Origin: Botryllus schlosseri
Taxonomy: Eukaryota
Reading direction: 5' to 3'
Assembly: GCA_051294905.1 (NCBI GenBank)
Contig: CM119372.1
Span: 12,648,001 to 12,712,000, forward strand
DNA length: 64,000 nucleotides
Positions 38,785 to 51,479 of this stretch are shown one piece after another (the first letter of the stretch is position 1; every line of letters begins with the position of its first letter). Under the pieces are notes generated by a model. The model was not told the origin of the DNA. It did no database searches and saw only the letters and a program-made list of their open reading frames with translations. The translations under genes and the position numbers were made by a program.

Positions 38785-39694
38785 TAGCACGATTTCTTAC
38801 CTAAAAACGGATAATTTTGACCTAACAAATCAAAATTTTGAAATGACTTTACATTAAAATACTTCATTTTGACCAACTTTTGACCTCATGTATGTAAATT
38901 AGGTGTTCTCCCACATAATGTTAGAGTTGTACTATACTTATCTTCATTTCTGGTTGGAACTGTCTGTCCTTACGAAGTAGTTTGGCCTGAAAACAAAACT
39001 TTTTTGACTTAATAACTGACAAAATTTTACATGAAGAAAACTTTATTTTAGCGAAATCTGCACCGATGAAGAATTCCAGTAGTTACATGTTACATCACGC
39101 ATTATGGTGGAAATAATTAAAATTTGTTGTAGTACCATGAAAGATACTTTCCTACATTCTCGGGCAGAAAGTATCTGTCCTTACTAAATAGCTTGGCAAG
39201 AATGGAGAAGAGCATTCAACAGCAGCAGTTGTTGGCTGGCAACACTGAAGTGGTGCGATGTGCGCACACTGCTGGTGACACGCCGTGTTGCTTCATTCTC
39301 ACAATGTTGTCTGCATTACAATTTTTCATCACGGGTCTCTTGATATAAGAACAAATGCTCAGATTGTCCACGTAGTCTTGCTTCAGTTACGATACGTTGA
39401 GCATAACACCATGTCAACCTATTTGTTTCATTTGACCGTTTATTATTCACAATTAGCAAATAATGGGCCGTCTACAACGTTAGGCCTATAAAGTAAGGTA
39501 CAAGCTGTAAAATTTCAGATGACAAGTTCATCCTTAGCCTTAAATAGGCTATGGTTCACCGACAGTGCCAACATTTACGATACAAACGAAATGCAGGTTG
39601 CAAAAAATTTTTGACTTAGTAAACAATTTTGGCAATTTCTTGACCTAACGCTACAATTTTGACAAAATTTTGACAGGATAAAAAAATCGCCCTA
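38785..39694. mobile_element. Non-autonomous hAT-like element (910 bp) with a transposase C-terminal remnant
   Basis: Imperfect TIRs TAGCACGATTTCTT / AAAAAATCGCCCTA; flanks ctcatgac / ctgatcac (6/8); sister of 1028-1575. Confidence 0.7.
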
Positions 39695-40645
39695 CTGATC
39701 ACTAAAACGTGCGACTTGACTCTACCTCTCAGAGCACGACGTGAATTCGGGCTTGACCCGATTACAAAGTGAAAACGACTCAACTTGATCTGAGTAGGCC
39801 ATTTATGTGAAACCATGAAATGACTAGGAACATCATGAATTGATTACTACTTACTAGGACTGGGCATAACGATTCAAGTACTTGAATCCTAATCGAGTGT
39901 TAATTAAAATGATTCGAGTCGAGAGAGACAAATTTCTAGAGTGCTGAAATTATTCGCGCCTTGCAACTAAGAGTATTATAGTTTCGATTCATAGCCTTGG
40001 AACCATATCACAGCATCCAATAAATACAAGAAAAAGTCACGCAAGTTCGTGGAAACAACATTTCAACGAAGAGATGATCGACCCACAGCGTTGTCACAAA
40101 TTGCAATGAAATAGCAATGGTCGATAAGATGCAAAGATACCCGGCATTACTTTTTTTGAGCTGTCATAAAGGGTACGCTATCCGAAATCTATTAAGTCAT
40201 CTATGATCTTATGACGCCATAATTGGTGGTGCTCGTATACTTGAATGAACTCGAAGCCTTATTTACTAAATAACTAGGGATGGTGCGAACGTCTGAAAGG
40301 TTCAGGTTCGTGTGAACGCGAAAGTGAGCCTCGTGACGTCATTTTGCTAATTCCAACCTACATTGCAGTGAAGTGATATATTAATGTACAAGACGATACC
40401 TAGCGACGACTAGGGTCACATTATGCCACAATGCTGAAGTGCATACTGATATTTTAAACGTCGCCAAATACATCAACTGGAGTAATCAAATGTTATATTA
40501 ATCTCATAAACTGTCGTTTTCCATTGTGTCGCATGCTCATTGCTCATATGTCGGGCAACCAAAGAATACATCGCTGTCGGATGTAAAAAATCTAGCAGGC
40601 GTACGGGGAAGATCTTCATTTGATATGTTTATTGTACCATAAAAA

Positions 40646-41397
40646 CGGTTGCCTGACATATGAGCGTGCGACACAATGGAAAACGACAGTTTAGCATGGA
40701 ACTCATCAGCATGCGTCACTTCAGCATGTGACTATATAACCCAAAAACTTACCCTAACCCGAAACATAGCCCTGAAATTAACCCTTATATATATCCTAAC
40801 CTAAAGTCTAACCCTAACTAGGCTTACCATACGTCCCGCTTTAGGCGGGACAGTCCCGCTTTTTAACGTCTTGTCCCGGCGTCCCGCCCAGTCAGCAAAG
40901 CGTCCCGCTTTTTAAGGGCGTAAGAAATTTAGGTCAGATTTAGAGCAAATTGCGAGTGATAAGCCGTAAATTAGCACAGAAGTGACGCTCCGGCGCGTAT
41001 TTCGGAGTGAAAAACGGTGATTTCAGCTCTGAGCGAAAAGATGACCTTTTTTTTTTTTTTTTTTTCCACCTAGCAATGCGGAGAGAAAAACGGTATTTTG
41101 AGCTATGAGCGGAAAAAATACCTTTTTTTTTTTTTTTTTAGTCAACCGATCACCGGTTTTTGAGAATTTCTCTCCGGTTTTGCAAGCCTCAGATTTCGGA
41201 AAAAGTGTCCCCCTTTTAGATTTCCAGAATATGGTAAGCCTAACCCTAACCCAACCATAAATCCAACCGTAACCTACCCCTAACCCGTAATTTAACCCAC
41301 ATTCTCATGCGTCGCATGCCAAATTGTCGCATGCCAAATTGTCGCATGCCGAAGTGTCGCATGCTGTAATGTCGCATGCTCACATGTCCACGGACCG
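40646..41397. mobile_element. MITE-like element with CGGT...ACCG ends, TGTCGCATGC subterminal repeats and internal CCCTAA-like repeats
   Basis: Imperfect inverted ends (ggttgcctgacatatgagcgtgcgaca vs the reverse complement of tgtcgcatgctcacatgtccacggacc). Confidence 0.55.
40819..41242 (+). mobile_element. hAT MITE, TAGGCTTACCATA family, copy 1
   Basis: Perfect 13-bp TIRs and perfect 8-bp TSD ACCCTAAC. Confidence 0.92.
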
Positions 41398-43084
41398 TAT
41401 TGGTTATATGAATTTCATTGATTGGTTAAATAAGCATCATTCGCTGAACATACAGTAGCGTATTTCGCTCTTGATATTGTGTGATTGCGGTTCAAGCTCA
41501 CGGCAGAGAGTTACTAAATATTTACTAGATAGTTCGAGCAAACTTTTGTAACAAAGCAAGTAAAATTTTTGAGATTGTCAAGGTGCATGCTCGTTTAGTG
41601 TTGATTTTTTATGCTGCCAGCTGTGGCCGCAGTTAATGCAATGGATTTCAACCAATAATGTTAAACTGACATGGAAAATTGTGATATATGAAAAAGGTTC
41701 ACAGTGCAGAACCTACCAAGGTTCGTTTGTGAACGTGAACCTCTAAATTTGTGTGGTTCACACACATAACGCGAACGTTCACACCATCCCTATTATTTAC
41801 CGCCGTATAGTTACTTGTTACAGTCCTGCCACGCACCTGAGAAACGGGTCCTTAGATCAAGATATTTTACAAAGTTCACAATCAGCCATGCATTTGGACA
41901 CATGTTCGTAATTGTAACTAACCCTGCCAATTCTGACCCATGAAACATCTAGTGAATGATCTTTCATCAAATGAAAAGATCCGTAATTCAATGTAATTAC
42001 ACAAAAAAGCTTCGTATTTGCACGTATTTCCTTAAGAGCACATAGTAAGCATGTCCTCCCTTTTCCTTGTTTACATCGTGCGTCAATCTGATTGGTCCGT
42101 GTCAAAAGTCAAGCAAGTGTGTCTATTACGATGAAAGCAGACACCTCAAGAACCAATGTCGCCTTCAGAAACTTCAAATACCACGTTCGAGCGCTTTGCT
42201 AGCACACACCGTGATATCAGCTTGACGCGTGAGTTGATCCGCGATAGCCTAACGGTCAAAGCAAACAATCACCCCGCCTATATCCTGTTACGAATTGATA
42301 AATCGAATTACCGAGAGGGCAAACAGCATCATGACATTACTTCATGCTTTTAAGCGCGGTAGTGCGTTTGGGTATCGAGGGTAAACAAAATACCATTTCA
42401 CGGCGCTACGATATTACATCGTCGGCCGAGTGAATTATTCAAAATGACATAGTGCGTCCGATATGAATTCATCATCGCGCGTACGCTTATTACCTCGCGG
42501 TATTTTCTTCAAGAACGCCCGGAATAGCCGACATTAACTATGACTTGTCTCGCCTCAAACGCTACACGCGGAGTGTAATTTCACGGACTAACCATTTACG
42601 TTATTATCCGTGCGAAAGTATCGGATTCGAGCTTGCTATTTTGTCACGAGGAGATGAATTGAAGTTAGACACGTCAGGATATTGTCTGACAGGAACTTTA
42701 TCATGCGAAAAATCGGTCACAACGCATACACTAGCTAAAATGACTATCGTTAGTACGACTGCGGGTATTTTGCGCCGTTAGCTGGAAACATAATAGAGAA
42801 GAACGGGATAGATAAATATAGAGTAACGATGTAACAGCCGGTTACACTGTAAGATGCAAACCCGAGTTATTTATGAGTGCATTTACTATAATTACCGTGT
42901 CTCGCAACCGTGGGTGCTTTCAAGGCAATTTATGAAGGCATGTCTCTGCAGCACAAACCAACTCTGTAGGATAAAAATCGAATTTGCTTAGTTGCGAGCC
43001 TAGCTGAATCTAGACTTCAAGATACGTTTCTGTTCACTAAAATCATGATTTCAATTGTTGTGTCTGAACTTAAGCGGTGGGTAG

Positions 43085-43622
43085 TAGAGGTCGACCGATT
43101 TATCGACCTGGCAGATTATTAAGCCCCGATATTTAGAGCTTTCCTATGATCGATGTCACCCTCTGAAGGCCGATATCGCGGCCGATATTTTACATTAAAA
43201 AAAATCAAAAATATTGGATATTCAATACTCCGTGCTCTCAATCTTCAGAAATCGACGACGCAAAGTGCGATATATGACAGATTTACCCTTGCAGGACGGT
43301 TTTAACTGGGTGAGCATGCAGAGAAACTATGCTTCCTGCATTACAATCTACCTTTTCTGGACTGATCTGCAATTCTGTATCTCGTTTTGCTTTTCGGGTT
43401 ATCCCAAATTTCAACGAATGTGCACAATTAAGCAATAATTCCTTTCATTTTCAGTTTTCTCGTTTGTTGTTCAGCTTTCTGTGGCATGAACAAGTGCGAT
43501 CTTGCCTAATATATAATATTTTTGGTGAAATTGTTATCTGCTCCTTCCATATTAATATCGGCCTATGATATCGGTTATCGACTTTGTGAGTGTGTCGATA
43601 TATCGGTATCGGTCGACCTCTA
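43085..43622. mobile_element. hAT MITE (538 bp)
   Basis: TIRs TAGAGGTCGACCGAT / ATCGGTCGACCTCTA; perfect 8-bp TSD GTGGGTAG. Confidence 0.92.
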
Positions 43623-44756
43623 GTGGGTAGCCCACCACGTTTGACCAAGTCAAATGAGCTGTAAATACTTCATGCTCATTGAAAGTATTTCGTAAGCTAT
43701 CGGCAGTATTAGCATTTTCAACAATCTCTACCGGTTGTGAAAATCGCTGTTGGGAATTCAAATCGATGCGAAAGGGAATAAGCCTTGTATGGCCATGTTC
43801 GATTTCAACAATAGCGCAATTCAGCTTCCTGCGATAAGTTACCACTCGTGCGCGCATCGTCCTCTCGTTCAATAGGTTATGTTTACGCTGCTGCAGACTG
43901 CGTGTTTGTCATTAAAATAACTCAAAATGCTATCATCATGTTGCGTTTCAAATATCCGACAAACATCCAGTGGATCATGCGGCTGCCCTTTGGTACACCT
44001 TCGCAGTTGTAGGAATCTTTATCGGTTGCGATAACTATCGTACCTGAAATGCGTGTAAAAGAAAAAGCCCGTATGAACAAAAGCAGGGTGCAAGTCGCAG
44101 TATCGGTGCTTGTTGGAGGTCTACTCTCCAGCGAGCGTTTTTCAGTTTGGATTTAGTATCCTATGTAAACAACGGTGGCGCGCCGAAAATGAGGAATACG
44201 TCGCAACGCGTTACGTGGGAAAATGGCGGCCGTTCAAGCGTGACATTCTTTTTAATGGCGAACTATAAATACTTTCTTCAAAAACAGCAACGGTCGTTAA
44301 AATCTGAATGACTAAGCCCATAACAGCATAGTTTGCTAGCCTCTGTCGCTCATTATTATATAGCTACAGCACACAGCCTGAGATACTAATGCCGGTATAT
44401 CGTTTATACCCAGCGCTCTTCCCTTCCAAAGAGTTCCGAAAACATTTGGTACATATGACATAAATATTTCTCATAACTACTTCCGTAGCTATCTCATCGA
44501 TAATCGCAAGAGACGGCCTTATCTAAATCATTATAATCGCGCTACGTTTTCCATTCACATAATAATCACTATTTGCCGAGTGATATCCGACGGCTGTCCT
44601 CAATATGTTATGTACACCGTAGATCATGAAGATTGCGTTTGTTCATTAGAAAAACGGTTTGCAGCCCGCCAACCGCCGGGGACATTGAAGGGTAGTCATT
44701 GTCGTGAAGTGTATGTAAATAGCGGGCTACGAAAGGACTACTAGTCATAGTCACAC

Positions 44757-45110
44757 TATAGATTACTAAGCTATATCGATAGATACGCAACTCCCGTCGT
44801 TACGCTCTGGCAACCAGTTTCACTTATTGCTGAGCAATCTAAAAGCAGCATAATTAGTACTGTTATAGCTTGCGACCCAGGGGCTGAAATTTAATGAAAC
44901 TCGACTTAATCGAGAGCTACTGTCGCACTGATTCCGGAAATACAAATTAAAATCTTGTCAGGGAAATGGAACCACGTCAAAACAGCCGTCAAAGTCTGAA
45001 AATCGGCACCACCAATTACACTACTTTTAGATTGCCCAGCAATAAGTGTAACTGCTTGCCGGAGCGTAACGACGTGAGTTGCGTATCTATCCGTAGGTTA
45101 GTAATCTATA
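44757..45110. mobile_element. Foldback/MULE-like MITE with ~100-bp TIRs
   Basis: TATAGATTAC...GTAATCTATA arms; flanking direct repeat GTCACAC (7-9 bp depending on where the end is placed); spacer shared with 53432-53990. Confidence 0.75.
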
Positions 45111-45476
45111 GTCACACTAAGAGCATTGTAAAGTATGAATCGATGATGGCAATGAGTTAATGGCTCGTCCCTGTTACCTTTGCTCTAGACATGACCTAAT
45201 CCACACATGCAGTGCAATTATGCGGCTCAATTATAACTATTGGCTCAAGTTTATCCAAATCATAACCGATATAGGAGCAAATCAGGCTTTTGCACATGCA
45301 CGTTGCACAATGCACATTGCTGTACGAACAGGTTTACGACTGTACGACGTACACTGTACAACATACACCGTAGCGTTGAGCGCTGATCTATTCGAACACT
45401 TGATAACATACAAAAGGCCTTCTTGGGAGTACAGATCTTCGATATTCGATTGAATGGTATATTCATATTGAAATGA

Positions 45477-45510
45477 ACCCGACTATTTTCGGCTGGCACT
45501 CGTCAGGAGT
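45477..45510 (-). ncRNA. Near-intact minimal hammerhead ribozyme motif in a PLE-derived repeat
   Basis: ACUC-CUGACGA-GUGCCAGCC-GAAA-AUAGUC-GGGU; stem I is 4 bp with one G-U pair; stem II is weak. Confidence 0.55.
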
Positions 45511-45919
45511 AAAAACAGACAATCGCTGTATCGAATCAACATCGTAAGCATCGTGGTGAGCGGTGGTGTTGATAACACGTAACAGTTTAGTCATGTGAAG
45601 TAATGTCACTTTTTATTTCAACCAGGCGCAGCTCTGCTCTGACACCGCGTGTTATGAGGTCAAAAACGTGACAAAACAATATGGGCATTTCGGCTGGGCA
45701 ATCAAGCGAATAATGACATTTGGCCACAGTCCGGTTCAGGAGCCGGAGCAGGATTTCATTGATTTTTTACCTAGCCGTACTGGATCCGGATTCTGAATTT
45801 GCGGTGATGGTCGGATTTTAGCCGGATTTTTTTGAAACACACACAACCGAGATCGCCAAGTCAACAGATTCCAATTTCCTTTTCAATCCACTACCCTACA
45901 TTCATCGCATAGGTCTATT

Positions 45920-47361
45920 TTGCGGCCCGCGGCCTCTTTCATTGCGAACGCAATTACTACTGGCCCAGCATTGTTGCATATTAATTTAGCTACTAAGCTC
46001 TCTTATCGCATCGTCGCTGCTTCGTTTGAATACCCATTCTTTGACGTGTTCTGGTCTCTTGATATTTTCTCGAGTTTAGATTGTTATTGTTCTGAATCAG
46101 TATTGGTATGGGCCTTTAATTTTTCACTAGTCTGCGTGCACTCACCAACTCACCGCGGTTACATAGGTTACATATCACCTGATCTTGGAAAAAACGTTAC
46201 TATACCTAGGCGTCAAGCCCGGTAATCCGTAGTTCGAGGAATTATTAAAATTGCCGATGACGTTACAGACGCTTTGGAATATCGCTAAACCCAAGAAATC
46301 TGCTAGAGAAGGTGTGATTTCACTAATACTTTAATAAACTGTGCGAATATTCGCTGTTTCCGGGACTTAGCAGCATTGTTTCCTCCAAGCTGGGCACGTG
46401 TGCAAATGCGCAGTGCTGACACGATCTGTGCGCACAGTTGCGCACAAAAATCCGAAATGATGACCTTTATTATAGTCTTTACGCACGGTTGTCCAAGGGT
46501 CTGCGCAGTAAGTTGATGAGTGTGCGCAGACTCGTCAAAATTAGAGGGAACACTGCTTAGCAGCAAGGACAACATTACCCGACAAATTTTGAAGCTAAAG
46601 TTGCCCGATTCCACCGTGACCAGAACAGTAACCCGTCGACATTTTATCGCATGTTCTGAAACACGTTGCCGCGTATACTACTTTAGCCTAGCATTGGACG
46701 AATCCACCGACTTCACAGACATTGCATAGCTAATTTTCTTGGTACATTTTGTCAGAGTGGACATATTTGCAGAAGGAATGCTGGCATGGCAAACGTGGGG
46801 AGCTGACCAGCGAAAAACATCAATTTGACAAAGTTGACTTATGTAACTATTGGTGAAGGGCTCCAGCCATGGAAGAAAAGGACATGAGTTGATTGGTTTG
46901 CTCTGAAATGACCCCGAAACGCCAGACTTCTTCTCATTTCACTGAGAGCTCAAATAAATAATGGCCTCTGTTGTAACACAAAAGTGCCTGTGTTGTGACG
47001 CACATGGCCTGAACGGCGATAAGCGTCACAGTAATTCCGCGTGTGATAATAATAATAAGGTACGTATACCGACTTGGAAATGAATGCAATGCACGGTCCA
47101 TGAAGTGATTTACTTGCGACGCCGGAAGATACATATTCTCACAAAAACAGCGATTGAAAACTTACGAACGCTGTCCAAGTGACCATTAATGCTTGGGAAT
47201 GCAAAAAAAATGGACTAGACGCCGTATACGACTAATAAATAGGCTCCAGTAGTCTAGATTTGATAGAAGCTCACAAATGCATGGTAATAATGTTTTGCGG
47301 CCCGCAGCGTCTTTTGTGGGTAAAATGCGGCCCGTTGTACATGCGAAGTTGAGAACCCCTG
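45920..47361 (+). pseudogene. Decayed hAT (Buster/Charlie/SPIN-type) transposon with transposase remnants
   Basis: TVTRR...FSLALDESTDFTDIA* motif; frameshifted TDGAPAM-like segment near 46850; right end GTTGAGAACCCCTG at 47361; GCGGCCCGC subterminal motifs. Left TIR not found. Confidence 0.75.
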
Positions 47362-47403
47362 GCATAGAGTTTTACGCCCACACGTCAACTGAAGGTGGTA
47401 TAA

Positions 47404-48035
47404 TTACTGATTAGTAAATGGGAAAAGAAAGCAGAACATATCGTTGAAATATCTTCTGGTGTCAATTGTCAATACGCTGCGATACAATGAGAAGACAAGA
47501 ACGAACGACAGTGAGTAGTCTTTGAAATCAGACATCCACCTGGGACTAGGCGATGAAAATAAGTGGCATGCACTGATGCACAATGCACATTGGATGGACA
47601 GAAATAAGGGCCAACATAAAACGAATAGTGATGGAAATACATGAGGCATGTTTCGATAGACGAGGTTGATATGTCAGGTCGTTGTCCGGTATAGTCTTGA
47701 GGCTGACTAGCATTCATCCAGTAGAAATTGATTGTATTTCGACTTGATTGTGGACACTGGACATGCTCGACGACTGTTTGGTAGCCGGTGAGATGCTGTT
47801 CCACACTTGAGGTCCGGCATACATGATAGATCGATGCGTTTTCTTGTATTCCGTCGTGGTCATGTGGTAGTTGATCATCACCGATGTCCGTGTTGTATTT
47901 TTATTCCGAGATGAAGTAGCGGTTGAAATTTGTGGGGCCGCATTTGAACTGACCAGTGACCGCAATTGAACTGACACACAAACTTGGCTATTTCTAGCTT
48001 CCTCATATCAATTGTATTCTTACACACTTCATCAA
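47404..48035 (-). pseudogene. Decayed CR1/L2-type LINE 3' fragment (target of the Penelope insertion)
   Basis: KLEIAKF and RSIMYAGPQVWNSI motifs in different frames. Confidence 0.55.
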
Positions 48036-48080
48036 TTGTTGAATACTTTGTTGCGCCGATAGCAGACGATATATATAAAC

Positions 48081-49163
48081 GTAAGACCTTGGTAGCTTTC
48101 ACACTCTATTTAACGTCCACTTGCGAATGAATATAACTTTATTAGTTACACGAGCTTTCGGAGCGCTGCTCCTTCATCAGGTGTCAAAGCGAAAGTAACG
48201 CAAAAAGAGCAACGCAAAAATATTTTCAATTTGAACATATACATATTATGACATCATAGGGAGTGAGAAATTCTAGATTCCGAAGTCACGTACTCTATGG
48301 CGTCATAGACACAAGTATCAAGTTTTGATTTGAAATGCAAATAGTGAGTTGTGTGCCTAAAATCGGATTGGATAAGGTGTTATATGCTAATTTGAAAAGA
48401 ACAAAAGGCGTTAAGTCAAACATTCATGGTGTAGTGAGACATACATCCTCTATCTATATTCAGCCCTTGTCGGAAAGTATCAAATTTGTCGATATATTTT
48501 TGTTCTGTAGCCTTGCGGAGAGTAGCGTCTTCGATGTTCCCGACCAATACATTGACAGTCATGTCGCTCTCCGAGTGCCCAGCGGAAGAAAAATGATCAC
48601 CGACAGGCTTCGATTTGTTACCTTTCGAGATATCATGTCGGTGACCATTTACTCTCTTGTGGAGAGGTTGACTGGTTTCTCCTACGTACCATGCATTCGT
48701 ACATCCTTTTCGACAGCGAATCAAATATACGACATTACTTGATTTACAAGTAAAATGGCCTTTGATGTTGTGCCGGGCGAGTCCTCTTGTAATCACGGTG
48801 CTGTGATTGAGAATAGCACACGTCTTGCATGATGGCTGTCCGCAATCTTCCACGCCATTTTCTCGTCTTGACCGAGGTAGCCTACTATTTACCAAAATGT
48901 TACGCAAGTTGCGTGGTTGACGTATGGCTAGAATAGGTCTTTGCGGGAACACTTCATTGCATTTCGGATCGTTGATTAGTATTCGCTGATGTTTTCGTAA
49001 AATCTTACGGATCTTTTCTGCTCCCGGGAAATAAGTAGTGACCAGCGGCACTCTGCGATCTTGAGTTTCCTCATTGTGATTTCGGCTGCAATCAAGGAGC
49101 TTTTCTCGTGGTACATTGAGGGCCCTTTTTATTTGATTCCTTATCAGCTGTTGATCGTAGCCA
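48081..49163 (-). repeat. Inverted copy of the PLE 3' end (1083 bp vs 1085 bp)
   Basis: The track translations of the 211-aa and 135-aa ORFs are identical in both arms; one 2-bp TA indel seen (near 48257 vs 51405). Confidence 0.95.
48148..48184 (-). ncRNA. Minimal type-I hammerhead ribozyme (inverted arm)
   Basis: Reverse complement of 51480-51516. Confidence 0.8.
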
Positions 49164-49164
49164 T

Positions 49165-51246
49165 TTTTACGATGTCAATCCGGAAATTCAAGCTTCTCAG
49201 AATGGGAACGAGATAACTGAACAAAGTAGCAAGAAGCCCAAGAAAAACATAAGATGGAGGGCACCTCACGGCGAAAACAACAATTTGGACAAATATCTAG
49301 AAAGTTTCCACAACCAAATTAACGCCACATTCATTAGTAAGTCCAAACACCTGAACAGAAGCTACAACGAAAATCTTACGAAGGAGCAGAAAAGGGCAAT
49401 CACAGAACTCAAACAGGAAGAGAGCATCGTAATCAAGCCTGCTGATAAAGGAGGAAAAGTAGTCGTCATGGACCTGAAAGACTATTTAGAAGAAGGCTAC
49501 AGACAGTTGAACGACTCCGTGTCGTATCAGAAACTATATTGTGACCCAACGAAAGAACACACAAAACGATTAAAGAATATTATAAAATCGTTGGATATGG
49601 AAGAAGACGAGAAATCAAAGATCAATATCCCGTCTGATCCCTCTCTTGGCCGCTTCTATCTTCTACCGAAATTGCACAAAGAGAATATTCCTGGACGCCC
49701 CATCGTGTCATGCAACAAAACTCTAACGGAAGACATATCCGGATACGTGGAAAAACACCTTAAACCATTGGTGAAAAGCACACCAAGTTTTTGTCGCGAC
49801 ACCACGGACTTTTTAAACAAACTCATGAATGTCAATCACTTAGTATCAGGAACGATATTAGTCACCATGGACGTATCATCCCTGTATACAAGTATTCCTC
49901 ATAAGGATGGCATGGAGGCTGTGGAGAGATCTCTTGCAGAAATTGGACATCCTTTAAAGAAATCCATGATGGAACTTATCGGCTTCACGTTAACTCACAA
50001 CACGTTCGAATTCAACGAAGAGATCTTTCTACAGCTTCAAGGAACGGCAATGGGCACGAAATTTGCTCCGCAATACGCAAATCTTTTCATGCATCATTTT
50101 GAGGAGGATTTCATGGAGACACAAAAACTGCGGCCAATATTTTATACGAGATACATCGACGACATTTTCATGATATGGACCCATGGAGAACAGTCACTGA
50201 AAAAGTTTCATGAATCAATAAACGAATTTCACCCTAACATTCGTCTGACCATGGAGAGCTCGATGACTGCAGTTTCATTCCTCGACACGCTTGTCAACAT
50301 CGAAGGAGGTCGCATTTTCACGTCACTCTATCGTAAACCAACGGACTCTGGTAAGATTTTAAACTACCACAGTTTCCATCCAATACACTGCAAAAAAGGA
50401 ATAGTCTACAGCAAAGCCCTTCGAATTCATAAAATTTGCTCGAAGAAAGAGGACAAAAATGAACATTTGGAAGTTTTGAAACACGAACTAATCAAATCTG
50501 GCTACGATCAACAGCTGATAAGGAATCAAATAAAAAGGGCCCTCAATGTACCACGAGAAAAGCTCCTTGATTGCAGCCGAAATCACAATGAGGAAACTCA
50601 AGATCGCAGAGTGCCGCTGGTCACTACTTATTTCCCGGGAGCAGAAAAGATCCGTAAGATTTTACGAAAACATCAGCGAATACTAATCAACGATCCGAAA
50701 TGCAATGAAGTGTTCCCGCAAAGACCTATTCTAGCCATACGTCAACCACGCAACTTGCGTAACATTTTGGTAAATAGTAGGCTACCTCGGTCAAGACGAG
50801 AAAATGGCGTGGAAGATTGCGGACAGCCATCATGCAAGACGTGTGCTATTCTCAATCACAGCACCGTGATTACAAGAGGACTCGCCCGGCACAACATCAA
50901 AGGCCATTTTACTTGTAAATCAAGTAATGTCGTATATTTGATTCGCTGTCGAAAAGGATGTACGAATGCATGGTACGTAGGAGAAACCAGTCAACCTCTC
51001 CACAAGAGAGTAAATGGTCACCGACATGATATCTCGAAAGGTAACAAATCGAAGCCTGTCGGTGATCATTTTTCTTCCGCTGGGCACTCGGAGAGCGACA
51101 TGACTGTCAATGTATTGGTCGGGAACATCGAAGACGCTACTCTCCGCAAGGCTACAGAACAAAAATATATCGACAAATTTGATACTTTCCGACAAGGGCT
51201 GAATATAGATAGAGGATGTATGTCTCACTACACCATGAATGTTTGA
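49165..51246 (+). CDS. PLE polyprotein: reverse transcriptase + GIY-YIG endonuclease (N-terminally truncated, 693 open codons; track ORF 49285..51246)
   Basis: RT motifs LVTMDVSSLYTSIPH, GTAMGTKFAP, RYIDDIF; Cys-rich linker CGQPSCKTC; FTCKSSNVVYLIRC...WYVGET...R...H...H...E. The frame stays open back to the inversion junction, with no ATG before the RT N-terminal motifs. Confidence 0.93.
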   Translation, partial: FYDVNPEIQASQNGNEITEQSSKKPKKNIRWRAPHGENNNLDKYLESFHNQINATFISKSKHLNRSYNENLTKEQKRAITELKQEESIVIKPADKGGKVVVMDLKDYLEEGYRQLNDSVSYQKLYCDPTKEHTKRLKNIIKSLDMEEDEKSKINIPSDPSLGRFYLLPKLHKENIPGRPIVSCNKTLTEDISGYVEKHLKPLVKSTPSFCRDTTDFLNKLMNVNHLVSGTILVTMDVSSLYTSIPHKDGMEAVERSLAEIGHPLKKSMMELIGFTLTHNTFEFNEEIFLQLQGTAMGTKFAPQYANLFMHHFEEDFMETQKLRPIFYTRYIDDIFMIWTHGEQSLKKFHESINEFHPNIRLTMESSMTAVSFLDTLVNIEGGRIFTSLYRKPTDSGKILNYHSFHPIHCKKGIVYSKALRIHKICSKKEDKNEHLEVLKHELIKSGYDQQLIRNQIKRALNVPREKLLDCSRNHNEETQDRRVPLVTTYFPGAEKIRKILRKHQRILINDPKCNEVFPQRPILAIRQPRNLRNILVNSRLPRSRRENGVEDCGQPSCKTCAILNHSTVITRGLARHNIKGHFTCKSSNVVYLIRCRKGCTNAWYVGETSQPLHKRVNGHRHDISKGNKSKPVGDHFSSAGHSESDMTVNVLVGNIEDATLRKATEQKYIDKFDTFRQGLNIDRGCMSHYTMNV

Positions 51247-51479
51247 CTTAACGCCTTTTGTTCTTTTCAAATTAGCATATAACACCTTATCCAATCCGAT
51301 TTTAGGCACACAACTCACTATTTGCATTTCAAATCAAAACTTGATACTTGTGTCTATGACGCCATAGAGTACGTGACTTCGGAATCTAGAATTTCTCACT
51401 CCCTATATGATGTCATAATATGTATATGTTCAAATTGAAAATATTTTTGCGTTGCTCTTTTTGCGTTACTTTCGCTTTG

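Larger units (their letters stand above)
40275..41792. mobile_element. hAT-type MITE (outer element of a three-level nest)
   Basis: TIRs TAGGGATGGTGCGAACGT / ACGTTCACACCATCCCTA; TSD not clean. Confidence 0.7.

Noticed and set aside
40735-41300. CCCTAA tracts as a telomere or a telomere-targeted retroelement site
   Set aside because: Short, degenerate and internal to a TIR-bounded element.
44220-44231. YY1-like AAAATGGCGGCC as a promoter
   Set aside because: A single short motif with no associated exon or transcript evidence.
48416-49051. 211-aa minus-strand GIY-YIG ORF as an independent nuclease or partner gene
   Set aside because: It is the inverted duplicate of the PLE 3' end with an identical translation; its ATG-equivalent start is an internal codon.
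49285-51246. 653-aa ORF as a full-length autonomous element
   Set aside because: The TTG is not a real start. The frame is open back to the inversion junction at 49164, so the N-terminus is lost.
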